DNA from: Callorhinchus milii | Taxonomy: Eukaryota | Direction of reading: 5' to 3' | DNA length: 64,000 nt | Assembly (NCBI RefSeq): GCF_018977255.1 | Contig: NW_024704761.1 | Coordinates: 9,734,001-9,798,000 of the forward strand | Shown here: one piece after another, positions 1-12,800 of the stretch | How the letters are laid out: each line of letters starts with the position of its first letter | How positions within the stretch are numbered: position 1 is the first letter of the stretch | Notes under the pieces: model-generated | What the model was told of the DNA's origin: nothing | The model's input: only the letters and a program-made list of their open reading frames with translations | Database searches by the model: none | Made by a program: the position numbers and the translations under genes

Positions 1-884
1 AGGAGAAGGTCTCTTCACAATAGATACTGCAGTATCAACCTTTGCATCCACCTGAGTCAACGGATTCTAAACTAATTACAATGAAAGATTGGGATAATCA
101 ACTGGAACTAAATAATAAAATTGCATTTTTGTAGTGTTATGTAGGCAAATGCTTCAGCCGGTCTGCACCAGCAAAGAAAAAGAAGAAAATAAGAGGATGG
201 ATAAAAGTAAAATGGAAAACTATAATATGGAAAGCTAAGGTCCAGTGCTTGATCAAGAAGCATGATCTAAAAGTAACCACTTTCCATGGTTTCATCTTGA
301 GAAATACAGCATAAAAATCCTAAAATCCCCCTCTATGTGAAATGACAGAGAGATGAAAATGGTGGAGAGCAATTGAGGAGTAGAGATGCTGGGAGCAGTC
401 AAGCTAGAGAGAGACAGACAGACAGACTGAGAACAGAGTGCAGAGAAAGAAAAACACAGAAAGGAAGATAGACCAGAGCTGCAGTGTGCAATTAATGCAC
501 ATTTCCACTGGAGGACGCTAAATCCATTACCAAAAATGTTAATTCACCAAAGTCTTTTTAGCAAGTTCCAAATGATTTAAATCATAGCCCTGGGGTTTTG
601 ATTACTTTGAAAATGAATGTGACTACAGCTTGATGGCAGACTGAGGTACATTGTATTTGAGTTATCCATTTTTATAGCCCAATGAACAATGCGGTTTTCA
701 TTTGCAGAGAACAAATCACCCACGTAACCCAATTGCATTAACACACCTACGCATTGGATCATAGGGTTCATTAGTGCATGGAATAATTACATGTAAATTT
801 AGACCCACTGTGAAACTTTCTGATCAGAGGTTGAACAATTGTCTACAGAGACCATTGGAAAATTGGGGACCACTTTGCCCAGAA

Positions 885-1100
885 GATAACATAACATAAC
901 ATGTAGGAGCAGGAGTAGGCCATTCGGCCCTTCGAGCCTGCCCTGCCATTCAATCATGGCTGATCTTCTAATCTAACTCCAGCTAATACCATAACCCTGC
1001 CTTATCCCCATATCCCTTTTGCAATAAGAAAGCTATCTATCTCAGTTTTGAATGTGTTCAAGGACTGAGTGTCAACAGCCCTTTGAGGCAGTAAGTTACT
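885..1100 (-). mobile_element. CR1-type LINE 3' end fragment
   Basis: Reverse complement of the tail at 35520-35620 (gaatggcctactcctgctcc, cagccatgat), plus the terminal ORF2 remnant. Confidence 0.75.
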
Positions 1101-3369
1101 AAATCATTCATTTAAAAAGAACGTGTTTAACTACCTGTAATTGGTTGTAGTCTAAGGTTCTCTGCTGGACTAAAACATATTTGGGGATTAGCTTTCTTTG
1201 TAGAAACAACTGTTTTAATTTCTTCAGTTGAGGAAAAAGAGGAGTTATTATACACTGAATTGACATACGCAGAAATGTATTTGAATAATACTGCACACTT
1301 TAAACCAACATAGGCACTGTTGTTCAAAAAAATTATAAATGGTGGGCAATGCATACCCCGATCTTTTAAAAAAACCAGACCGCAGGTTTCATTGTTAGAC
1401 ATAAATACTGTAGGAAATCACCTTGTTACTTGAATTTATCCATACAACATGATGATTGTAAACATTTTATTTTGTGTATCAATAGCATCCTGGACAACGA
1501 GATACTAGATAACCCAAAGGAAATAATTCTTTGAAGTTGAGACTGGTTTGTTGAACTATCGAATAATTACATTTCAGGCCTCTGGTTATGTTGCACTCCA
1601 CTTGTCTTCTCCATGGATAGAAACAGCGCTTCATGGGAGGAAGATGACACCTGAACTTCTTGCCCTTTTCCTCTCAGTATTTGCATCAGCAGTTCTGTCT
1701 CCATCAGACCCAAGTCTCTCCATCTTCTTTCCCAGGAAACCCAAAGAGCTGTTCGGTGACCAGACCGTACAGTATAGGTTTGTGGCCGAGCAGGTAGAAT
1801 GTCAGATTGTCAGTCGACCGGGTGCAAGCCGCAGGCTCCTGATTGACACGGATCAATGTCATAGGGTTCCTCAACTTGCCCAGGCCAGACCAGATCCTTC
1901 TTGGCCAAGGTCGGAGTCTCCTGTAAATCTCTTCTATTTGGGACAAATCTGATGGCTTTTTGATCTCAATGAAATCTAAACTCCCATCTATGTAGCTGAT
2001 TTGGGAGGGTTTGAGTTATCTGGCCACTTGCAGATGGGTGAAAAAGCAGAGTAAATGGGAATACATCTTTTTTCTTATTGGCAATAGTAGATGGGACCTC
2101 TCAAAGTTTGGGAGAGACAATGATAAATGCCTACCTTGGGATCTGGGTGAGAACATTGAGATGAGATCTGAAATGTACAGAAAACCGAGCCTGTGAGAAT
2201 TCTATCTTGTGCAATCTTCCCTGCCACTTGCAACCAGAGAAGCCGATCTGAGATCCCCATCTGCTCCCTGAGGCTGTCTGCGCCTCTTTTGGCCAGACTT
2301 TTGCTTGCCAGCTTTGTGTTAGCAGGTGACAAAGATAATCATGATATGGGGGCCATATCCACTCGGATTCTTTTTTTCACTGGTAACCTCCCTACCAGAT
2401 TTTGTTTGGCAGGAAATTCTGAGCAATCCCTGTTTTCCATCTGATTAGGAGATGGCTCCGGTCTCTTCCCCACTTCTTTAAGGTTAATGGGGTGAGATAT
2501 CTCAGTGTCACCGAGATCTGATCTGCTCTGTGGGTGCAGTGAGTCAAGGACTACTAGCTATTTGGGGATTGTCACATCCTCTGAACTGGACAGTTGCCCC
2601 CTTTACACCACTACCTTCTGCTCCCCCCAGGACAGCTGTATGAACAGCCAAGACTTCGACCCTGATATCAGTGGCTCTCAGACCCGGATCTGGTTCCTGC
2701 CTGTGGGTTGCTTCTGTTCTCGCTGTGCTTCCTAGATTCAGGAATTCTGCAGATGTCACTTGAGTTGGGAGTGGGATCTGAGTCGGTCTTTGATGCTTGT
2801 TGCTCAGCAGCGCTTTGCTGAAACGTTGGCAGATTTTGCCGTCTCTGAGAGCAAGGGGATAATTGTGAGGTCACGCCACTGGCTGAGCTGAGGGTGACTG
2901 AGATCTGGAAGGCATGAGTCAGCTGGGACGTTAATTTTCTGGTGGGATTGTGGTTAGCTAGGGTGTGGCAAGGTGAGAAAGAGCAGAGCTGTTAGGCACA
3001 TTGCAACCCGTGCTCAGAGTCAAGCTCAATGTGGGAAACTCCAAGGGGCAGCCAAGAGAAATGTAGTGACAGACCTGGTCTGAGGGATTTGGGGGGAACT
3101 TGCTCGGTTTATATGAGTTAACCAGAGTTTCCTCCTTTTGAGCCAATGTGTCTGTGGGATGTACAAAACAATGGAATTCCTTTTGCATGTAGATGGGAAC
3201 AAATCTTAGGTGTGATCTTAGTACTCCAGTAGCCTAAAATTCTTCAGGAAACTCCTCAGGTCACCTGAAGTTTTTGAAAGAAGATCAACGACACAGCTAC
3301 CCTCACAAATGGTAGCTTCCCAGAGCACTTATGCACCACATCTAATGAAGGCTATATAACAAAAGACGA

Positions 3370-3475
3370 AAGAGTTCTGATGAAAGATCATCAACCTAAA
3401 ACGTTAATTCTCTTTCCTCTCTCTGTAGATGCAGCCTGACCTGCTCCATGTTCCCAGCGACGTCTGTTTTTATTG
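3370..3475 (+). mobile_element. Penelope-like element 3' terminus with degenerate hammerhead core
   Basis: agttCTGATGA...cctaaaacgttaattct...agatgcagcctgacctgct matches 30848-30950. Confidence 0.7.
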
Positions 3476-4908
3476 AAGGCCACATAACATTGTGTTTCGA
3501 ATAACCGGGGTTAGCAATCAATCTCTCAATTTTACGAATATTTATGAAGCTCAATTGGTGACAAATCCCAAAGTTTTCTAGATGGTGATCTCATGCTATG
3601 GACAATAAACAAAGTGTGGCTTAACTCTTTGAGGGTTTGAGCTTTTGTTGCAATTCATTGTGGAGCAGAGGAGCTGACCCTGGTGCTGAGCCTTGGTTTC
3701 GTTGCAAGTGTTTTCGTGGGCTACAGTACATCTAAGACATGAGTCATTCTCCGGTACTAAACTGATTATTGAGCCAATATTTGGTGAATGTGCAATATCC
3801 AAGATGTGGGACGTGCCCTGGCACCAACTCTGATTATGGTAAAGCAATGAGCTAGAATATGCTGTGCACAAGACATGTATCTGATCCTGCTATCTGATAC
3901 TGGACATTCAGATGACTTTGCTGCTAATGTGCTGTGTGCATTGTTTAAACCTGCCTGAGTTGTTGACTCTGGAGATACATGCTGATGTACTGGAATGTGA
4001 AATTAGAGGCTGTCTGGCTTGCTCTTGCATCATTCTATAAGGTCTCTCTTAAACGTTCCTACAGCTCAGGTTTCCCAATCACCAAAGCCGGCATAACAGT
4101 GGCCAATTACTGAACAAAAAAGGCCATTCAATATTAATGCTTACCCCATCACTATGCGGTTCATAGAGTTTTTCTCTGACTGATAAATATTTGATCTCAG
4201 CTGCTCTTATGTCGGTATTAAAGTATGGTATGAATGCTTGCTATCATCGCATTGTTCTAAGAGGAAAGGAGACACTTTAAATCTTATATTGAAACCCAAT
4301 TTAACTAGCAAATATATTTGTGAAAATATACTCATACAGAATTAAAATTCGCTTCAAACAAATCACCCATCGCCACCAAGATATTATCCGAGCCTCATAT
4401 CTGTGGCTGTGTTCCTGGTTGAATAATTCCTTTCCTCTTTTGGGCCAGCCATCTGTTCTAACTGGCTGCAGGTGGGGAGTTGTGAATGAATCTGAATTAT
4501 TCAGCTTCGTCACTGGGAGATGATCATTTACCTCCAGAAGCCTCCCTTTATTATATTGCCAGCAGAGCCTATCGTTAAGCCACATGGGTGTGAACATACT
4601 GCAGGTGGGCAAGTTGGAAGCAAAGTTGCAAAACTCACAGAAAGAAAGAAACTACTCGGGACAAAGTGTGATGGCAACTTAAAATGGAATTCTCTGTTGA
4701 ACGTCAAGTAAGGATTTATGCCCATCTACTTTCAAAGTAATCCAGGTAACAAAAGAGTATTTATCAAGTCCATGTGACCATTTTTTAGAGAAAGAATGGG
4801 AATTCTACAAGACATGTTAAGAGTTCCATTTACAAGATAACATCTACCCTTTATCAGGAAGGTAGCATCTTGCTTATCAGAGACAATCAGTATTCTTTTT
4901 AATTGGAA

Positions 4909-5040
4909 AATAATAATAATCCTTGCATTTGATATAGTGCCTTATCATGTTGTTGAGACGTCTCAAAGTGCTTCACAGAATATACTGTAAAGTGAATTGA
5001 TTGTATGTTTTGTGGATGAAAAGCAGCAGCCAATTGCGCA
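4909..5040 (-). mobile_element. SINE 3' portion with (ATT)n tail
   Basis: Reverse complement of the 58384-58698 family tail. Confidence 0.8.
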
Positions 5041-6570
5041 TAGTGCATAATTGGACAATTCAAGCCAATTCAAAATGACTTGAAGGAAGTGGCCCTTTTA
5101 TTAGTGAATGAGTGGTGCAATTATCAAAGAGAGTGGGGTTCCACCTCTTGAGAAAGTGTGAATATTAAAGAAGAAAAGTCTCCTTTATCAGGCAGTCCTC
5201 AAAAAAAAATAATCCCCTTTCTCAGGAGAGAGACAGATACTGAGTTAACAGTAAACTTTTGCTTTTCAAAATGAGAAGAAGCTCATAGGACAGATTAATT
5301 CCGGGTTAGAACGTTATATTCTGATCATATTGTAATTTACAGACCAGCATGAGTAAAGCAATTCGGAGATTAGATTTTACTGTACATGTTACAGTGATCA
5401 TCCTGCTTATCAAAGGGATAGGGAGACAGTCAGATGGTGTGTGATTTTTATCTGAAAATTATGTGATTAACCCTTTTTATTGGGATGCATTGAGAGTTGC
5501 TGCAGGTGAAATGCCATTATACCTGAAGCAGGGGACGTGGTATTACCTGCGATGAAAGGATAATGAATGTTATCTATCAACTTATGGCTAAAATGTAATT
5601 TGTTTATTTTCTAAACATGAGAACACAACTCTATTCATTGAGAAATGTTTCATTGATTTCACTGAAGCCACTAACACTCCCATTGAAAAGGAATGCTAAA
5701 GGGAAATTACTATAGTTATGTAAGGTGCGGTATAAGCAGCAGACACGATGGGAAGGTCAGAGTGGTCTCCAGTATCTCCTCTTAGGCTGGGAGTCTCAAA
5801 CCATCTACTGGCTCTTTATTTCCCCAGTGCTCCATCATCTAGATAAAAAACAACACAGGATGTAGGTAACGTATATGATCCCTCATCCACCTCCTTTGGT
5901 AGAAGTTCATCAATGTAAGGGATTTAGCTGGTCAATAGGCTGTTCATAATAAACAGTAACTTGATCAATTCGATGGATCTTATCCTTTCAGTATTAAAAG
6001 CCTTGCTTTGTCCGCTCGCCTTGTCCCATGCTGGACCAAACTGCTGGGAACATTTCATTGTGATTACAATCTTCAGCTCTCTTCAGGGAATGTTGGAGGG
6101 CTCACATTACACCCTGAGAAAGATAACCAGAGCATTTTCATCAGACTGAAAACTGTTCTAACCGCTCTACCAGAAATATTGATGAAACCAAATCTAACCA
6201 TGAATTAACCTTTATCTGGTTAGAAAATGTGGAGGTTGCAGTTATACAGGCTGTGTTGTTACTTACATACCCCATCTTAGGTATGGGGTTACCTCTATAC
6301 AAGGGTTAATTGGCAGGGGGTAAATACAGATGGGGAGAGTTAACTATCTCCATGAATGGAATTAGGAGCTTCAATATAGAGGTCCTGTGGCAGGAACCAG
6401 GATAGACTTATCTAAAAACGATTTCTTTGTTCTGGTCGCTGGACATCATAGGTTCTGAACAGCATGGAAGTCAGTTCGAAGCCATTTTATGCATTGATGA
6501 GTATTGGTTCCATCAATATTTCTTTTCAATCAGTTCTTCTCAGGTACTTCCATAGCTCGCGTTTCCAGCC

Positions 6571-9500
6571 ATGCCGGTCAAGGGGCAGAAACGTATACCT
6601 CCGAAACCAGTCAAACACAACCTGGAAGCAGAGACCAAGAGATCTACCCAAGGCAGAGGAACATCCAGCGAGAAGCATGTGACACAGGCACAGAAGAGAA
6701 ACTGTGTCTCAGGCTCTGTGATAGACTCCAAAGGAGATCCCCGAAATAGAGAAGACAATCTCCAAGGCATATGTTCCACACAGAGCCACCATGAACCATC
6801 TAAGAGACCAATGCCCAGACACTCAGAACTCAAGAAGGGTCGACGCTGTGGAAGTGATGAAGATTGCGATATGAAGGACCGAACGAGGAACAAGAAGAGC
6901 CCCGCTACCAAGAAGAGTCCAGGAGGAGAGCAGCCACCGGACGGGAGAGAAGATGTGAAAAGAAAGGCAATTGAGATGAAGCGAAACACAAAATCACAGG
7001 CAGAGAGGAAAAGAGAAAATGGAAACACAAATGCGAAGGTAACTAAACCAATGGAGAAAAAANTGGACAAAAAGGAAATACCGAAAAGGTGTCAGGAATC
7101 CAATCTGAGAGAAAAGCAAAAATGCCATGTAAAATCTGTGACAAAGAAGACCATTAAGACAAGGCTGGAGAGTTCAGAAGATGTGGAAGTCTGCAAAGCT
7201 GGTGAGGATAAGCTGAAAGATCAGAAATTGGAGGGAAAGAATAATAAGAATGAAAAGGTCAGAGAGAAGAAGAAAAACATGAACCCACGTCAGATTAATA
7301 GAAAAGCTATCAATGATACCCATAAGTTTGATCAAAAGGGACACAGGCCTATAAAAAAGGGCAACAGGTTGGAAGATAAGAGGAAAAGCGAAAGTGTAGA
7401 GTCAGATAGTTCATCGTCAGTGATGAGCGATGGAAAGCACGAAAAAACTTCAAGTGACGATTCCAGTGTTGAAGACAGCGAAGAGGAGTCAACTGAGGAA
7501 GTGAGCAGCAGTGAAGATATTTCTGAAGATGAGATTGACAGTGAAGAGGCAATGACCATCTCTAATAAAGGAAAAGGAAATAGGCAAACTAGTGACCAGA
7601 GCACTGAAGAGAGTGAAACCACCGATAGTAAGAGTGAAGAGGAAGAAGAAGACAATGGCAAAGCAAACACTGGGACTGAAGAGGAGCTAGAGTCAGATGA
7701 GGAGAAAGTGGTCAAGGGAGATAAAACAGCCACACAGGAAGACAAAAGAAGCAGTAGTGAGGAGAGTGAGAATGATCACATTTCAACAGCTGCCAAAACA
7801 GAGAAACAAAACAATCACAAAAGCAATTGTACTGTTCACAGTTCAACAGATAGTGATACAAGTAATGAGGAGAAACAGGAAGATGAGAATGAAGGGAACA
7901 ATGACAATAACATCAGTGAAAAGGCAAAACAGGCAAAACCATCTGAGATGGCTCGAAATAATGCTGACATTGAGGAAGAAGTTATCAAGCGAAAAGCCAA
8001 ACAGCTGAACGTGAGAAAAAAACTATTGGTTGGTGTTAAAGTCAAACCGAAACAGAAATACATGAACCAGGAACCAAAGAGAATAGACAAAACAGAAGGT
8101 GATAAACAACTGTCTAAAACTGGAGAAACATTTTTCAAAGTTCAGAGGCAACACAAGTTTCAGTCTCAGTTCTGTGAGGCAGCAAAAAGTAAAATTACAA
8201 AAAACAGTTACACAAAGCAAGACAACGCCTCTGCTGTTGAGCAGACTTCTGGGGAATCAAATCATCTTGAAATAGCTCCCAACAGTTTTTACAAACGGTC
8301 ACATGTGATTCTCTCTCTGAGGAGCAAGCATAGAGACATCAAAGCAAAATTAAATATGCCTGCTAAAACTGTTTCAGAGGAAAATACCGACTCTCAATTA
8401 AAGAGCTTAGCTATGCTGATTGATAAAACTCAGAATAAAAGTGCACCCGAAGTTGTACCTGCCCTAGAAAAACTAACAGGTGAAGATTCTGAGAGAAGTC
8501 CTCAAAAGCAAAGGTCTAAGAGTAGTGGCCATGGCTCTGGGGTTGGCTTGGACACAGAGGAAGAGCGTCAGGCTGCCCAACATCTCGGAGCACTCGTCCG
8601 AAAGAAAAAAATAGCAAAGGTGGTAGGGAAGGTGAAGCTCGCATCCATCAGGAAATGTGAAGCTAAGAGCAAGAGGACAGAGTTAGTCACTGCAAAGGAA
8701 GAGATCATTGTTCCTGAACCTACGGGGATTCAAGTGAAGGGAAGCACTTGTCGTAAATTCTCTGCTATCCGCAGGCTTGCTGGTTGGATTTCCCACCAGA
8801 TTCCCAGAATCCTGAAACCTAGAAGTAAACTTGTGACAGTGACCAAAGTGATTGGAACTACAGACTGGCTTTCAAAGACGTTGAGTACCAGAAGAAAGAA
8901 GGAAAGCAGGAGGGCTACTGGTTTCAGGAGGCGTATGGCAATCAGAATTGCCAGCACCGCTGAAGTGGCGAGCAGACTGGGTTCATCCACCAGAAGAATG
9001 ACAGGTTCCATTGTGAGTCAGAGTCGGATGGAAGCAGATGATTTGGTTGCTGTTGAGTAACAGAGTCTGCAGAGATGAGGTTTGTATCAGATGTGGAATC
9101 TAGACCACAGAACAATTCTCTACACACTGACGGCCAGAATGAAGCTGATGAGAAATTCAGCAACATTGATGCAAAATATGCAATTGTGCTACCAAGAGTC
9201 CATCGTATGGTGAAATCAAAAAGATCTGGATCAGCAACAAGCGGAAGCAATGAAACCATGCACAAAGAAAACCCACAACCATACAGACACATGAGAACTG
9301 TCCTTCCTGACCACATGTACAATGATATTGTTTGCAAACCACAGAGAAATCTTGCGGACAAAATTCAGACTCTAAGAGACACAACACAGTCCAACTTAGA
9401 GAAGATACGTACACATCCACAATTCAAGGAAGCCACGGCATGGGCAGGTAGAAATGCTTCTGAGCGTGAGGGTACAATCCCTAAAACTTTTCTGGTAAAC

Positions 9501-9850
9501 AAATTACTGGAGAAAGACCAGCGTCAAAGAAAGCCAGCCATTCTGGTATCAGGTCCGTCAGTCCCTTCTTATTTGAGGATCAATACTCCTGCGAAGGCAA
9601 CAGGCCAGGAGGATAATGAATATTTTCAAGATTCCAGTGAGATTCACTGGGCACAAACAAAGTCTTTTAGTCAGAATTCCATGACATGGTTGGACTCTGA
9701 GACATTGCTTCCACACCCAACAATTGAGAATCTCAGCAAATGGACAATGTACAAGGAGCCGGATAACTCTAAAATACAAAAAGGATTGGGGTTTGGGAGG
9801 CTGAGGACAATGTTGAAGGTATCCTTGAGAAAGACTTCACTTTTGAACAG
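6571..9850 (+). CDS. MYO15B: Coding exon 1: ~1,094-codon Lys/Glu/Ser-rich N-terminal extension (two 1-bp frameshifts, ~9057 and ~9780-9791)
   Basis: Acceptor ttcttctcAG ends 6543, ATG at 6571 (gccATGc). ORFs 6571-9060 and 9075-9854 join with +1 base. A second +1 gives ...[19 protein letters not shown] and donor CAG|GTAAGA at 9850, in phase 0 with the next exon. Confidence 0.8.
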
Positions 9851-12800
9851 GTAAGAAATTTCCATTTGTTCCCTCTTTCATTTTATTAAAGCACAACAGA
9901 GGACAAAATAATAAAGAATTCTGAATGTTTTATTTCCATGTGCGGTTGGGGGGAGGCGGGGGTGGGGGGTGGTGTGGCGGGGGTGGATTACATATAAAGA
10001 AAATAATACAAGTGTTTGCATCATCTTTATTCAGCGGGCACATTTAAAACATTTTATCTGGTGAATTTTCAGCATGTCACCAATGACAATCATTTGTCGG
10101 AGATTGAGACGATAGAGGACCTGTCTAAACTGGAGTAAGATATTTGTTTCATATTCTTCACTTAACTCAGAAGCCGTGTTACAATTATGGGGAAAGGGGT
10201 GGGGAGAGAGGGAGGATGGAGAGTGCTAGACATCCAATTGATGTGATTCTGTTCCAGTGAATTTAATGCAGTTATAGTGGGTGTGATATGAATACAGTAA
10301 ATGTGATGCTATTAGAATGGGAACAATATTGTAATAGTTACTATGGGTATTGTAGGGTTACAGTGGGTATAAAATGTGATGGGATAATACAATTGCAGTT
10401 GTTTATTAATCATAATAATCATGTCTTCGAGACATCTCAAAGCACTTCACTGAATATACTGGAAAGTGAATTGACTGTATGTATATTTTGTGGATGAAAC
10501 TGTTTTAATTTGGTTTAATCTGTAAGGTTTAAATCAGTCTGGAGTAGGGTTTTATTGGTGTCAGTTACTCTTAGATTAGGGGGTTTAAGAGTGTATCAGT
10601 CTGATGGAGGAGGGAGAGTTTCAATGTGCATGCAACTATCCCATTCACTATGTCATGTGGACATTCTCTCTATGTATTTAATTTGCAGGGAAGTCTGTGA
10701 GAGTTCAGTATTGCTGAGTCTCAAGAGGAGATATCACAGAAACATCATTTATGTAAGTTTGATGTGAGCTTCGAATGAGAAGCCAATGTATGTATGTTTT
10801 TCTGGATGTGGTGATAATGTTTATGATGTTCTCACATCCTACAGAGGTGTGGAATATTTAATTTGTCTTTAATTTACAGACCTATATAGGGAACATCCTG
10901 GTGTCTGTGAATCCCTACAAACATATTGGGATATACTCTGAGGATGCAATCAGACAGTATATGAGGAGAGAACCCTCAGAAAATCCACCGTAAGTCTCCT
11001 CTCCAGGATGTTATCTGCATCACGAGGAAGGGAGAAACTCCCTGGTCTTTTCTAATAGTGTTTTGGGATCTTTAACGTCCACCTGAACATAGAATTATAC
11101 AGCACAGAAGGAGGCCATTCGACGCATCGTGTCTGAACCGGCTCTTTGAAAAGAGCTACCCAAATCAATCCCATTCTGCTGCTCTCTCCCCTTAGCCCTG
11201 CAAACTTGTCCTCCCCAAATAATTATGTTTGAACAGACAAACATTACCTTGGTTCACATATCCAAAGGATGGCACCTCTAACAATACAGTATTCCCACAG
11301 CATTGCATTGGGGTGTCAGCCTTGAATATGAGATCAAACTCCCACATGGAGCTTGAACCCACAATCTTCTGACTTAGAGCTGAGGCTGTTATTAACCGAG
11401 CCAGGCTAACACCTTCATTTCTGACTTAGTGAATTCCCAAACTTCATCTGTATTGTTTTGTGGAAATGCCCAAGATATTGCCCACAATATTGGGAAGGGA
11501 ACCTTAAAAGATTGTCATCAATAGTTCACCCTTACACAAATTTCCATCGCCTAGTTCAAGAATGGTATTACCAGGGACTTGGGAGCAAGACCTCTTTTTA
11601 CTACCTTCTTGGCTGCAGTGGTGTGTGCATTGGTGATAGAATGCAGTTGAAGAAAAAGGGCAGAAAATCAAGAGAAAGAAACTGACTAGTGTATTGAAAG
11701 AGCTTAACCATCTTTTTCTGGCTGCTTGACAGTGGCTTGTGCAAGCAGAGAGCTCTACGCCCGAGGGAAGCTGATAGAGCAGTCCTGTATTGAAGAAGTG
11801 CATCTCCTACCTGCTGGTCTCCAAGTATCATTTTACATGGACCATGGAACAGTCCCTGATCTGAACCATCCTTTAAATCTTACACTGGGGTGACCCAAGC
11901 TATGCCCTTGACATACAGGTCTCAGAGTGACATTTCATGAGAGCTGAGACCGTTGGCTTAGCCTATTCTGTTTGAAGTTGATTTGATAGTTCCGATTAAC
12001 TGAGAATAACAAGCCTGAAATGGGCACCACAAGAGAAAGTGGTGGAGAGTACATTGTGAGCTGCACTGGCCGCATTGAAATGAATCAAAGCGGGTAACTG
12101 TATCTGTTCTTCTTTCATATTCTTTCAAAACCGTATTCTTTCAAAAGCAAATTAAATAGATTTCTGTTAGAAAATAATACTGTGGAATACAATATATAGT
12201 TTGGGATATGACATGTATTAGCAAGTGCTCAGATGGTGGAAGGCGAACTGGATGGACCTTGATTTTCTTTCGCCTAGCGATTCTTATGTTCTTGTACTCC
12301 GATTTACAGCCATATCTTTGCTATTGCGGATGCTGTGTACGCAGTGAGCCAGGCCTGTGAGCAGGAGCAGTGCATCATTGTCAAGTGAGTGTTGCATCTT
12401 TCAGTGACTCAGGCTGTTGTGGACTTGTTGCTGAAAAATAGAACTCAAACGAACTTGGTCAAATCTTGCATTTCATCCAGGATATGTATTTCAGTTTGAA
12501 GATCCGTGTAAAGGTCATTGGGAGACCCATTGATCCGATCTCTCTTGAAGGAGAAATAAGACAAAGTTGTTTACCATTATCAATCCCTATTGGAAGCATT
12601 CTTGAATGATGCGTTGGACACTGAAAGGGGAGAGAATTTACACTCCATTCCAAACCAACTGAAATTATACAAATGGGAAACTATTACAAATTTAGAGACT
12701 CTTAAACACGATGATGGATTTGCACATTTCAGATACTTGGTTGACCATAAAAATCCCACAAATACAAGGTAAATGACAAATTAATGAGGAAGGTTGTAGG

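Noticed and set aside
4500-4750. Upstream non-coding first exon (donor-like GTAAGG ~4708, GTAACA ~4746) or the 63-aa ORF 4520-4711
   Set aside because: A 5' exon must exist because of the acceptor at 6543, but no promoter or homology evidence lets me place it.
9050-9080. Programmed frameshift, readthrough or micro-intron joining the two large ORFs
   Set aside because: No slippery heptamer is visible, readthrough would not change frame, and GTAACAG is far too short to be an intron; a 1-bp sequence error is simpler.
6540-9420. Several minus-strand ORFs (e.g. 6540-7070, 7332-7745, 8942-9361)
   Set aside because: Ser/Leu/Phe-rich antisense shadows of the purine-rich Lys/Glu coding exon.
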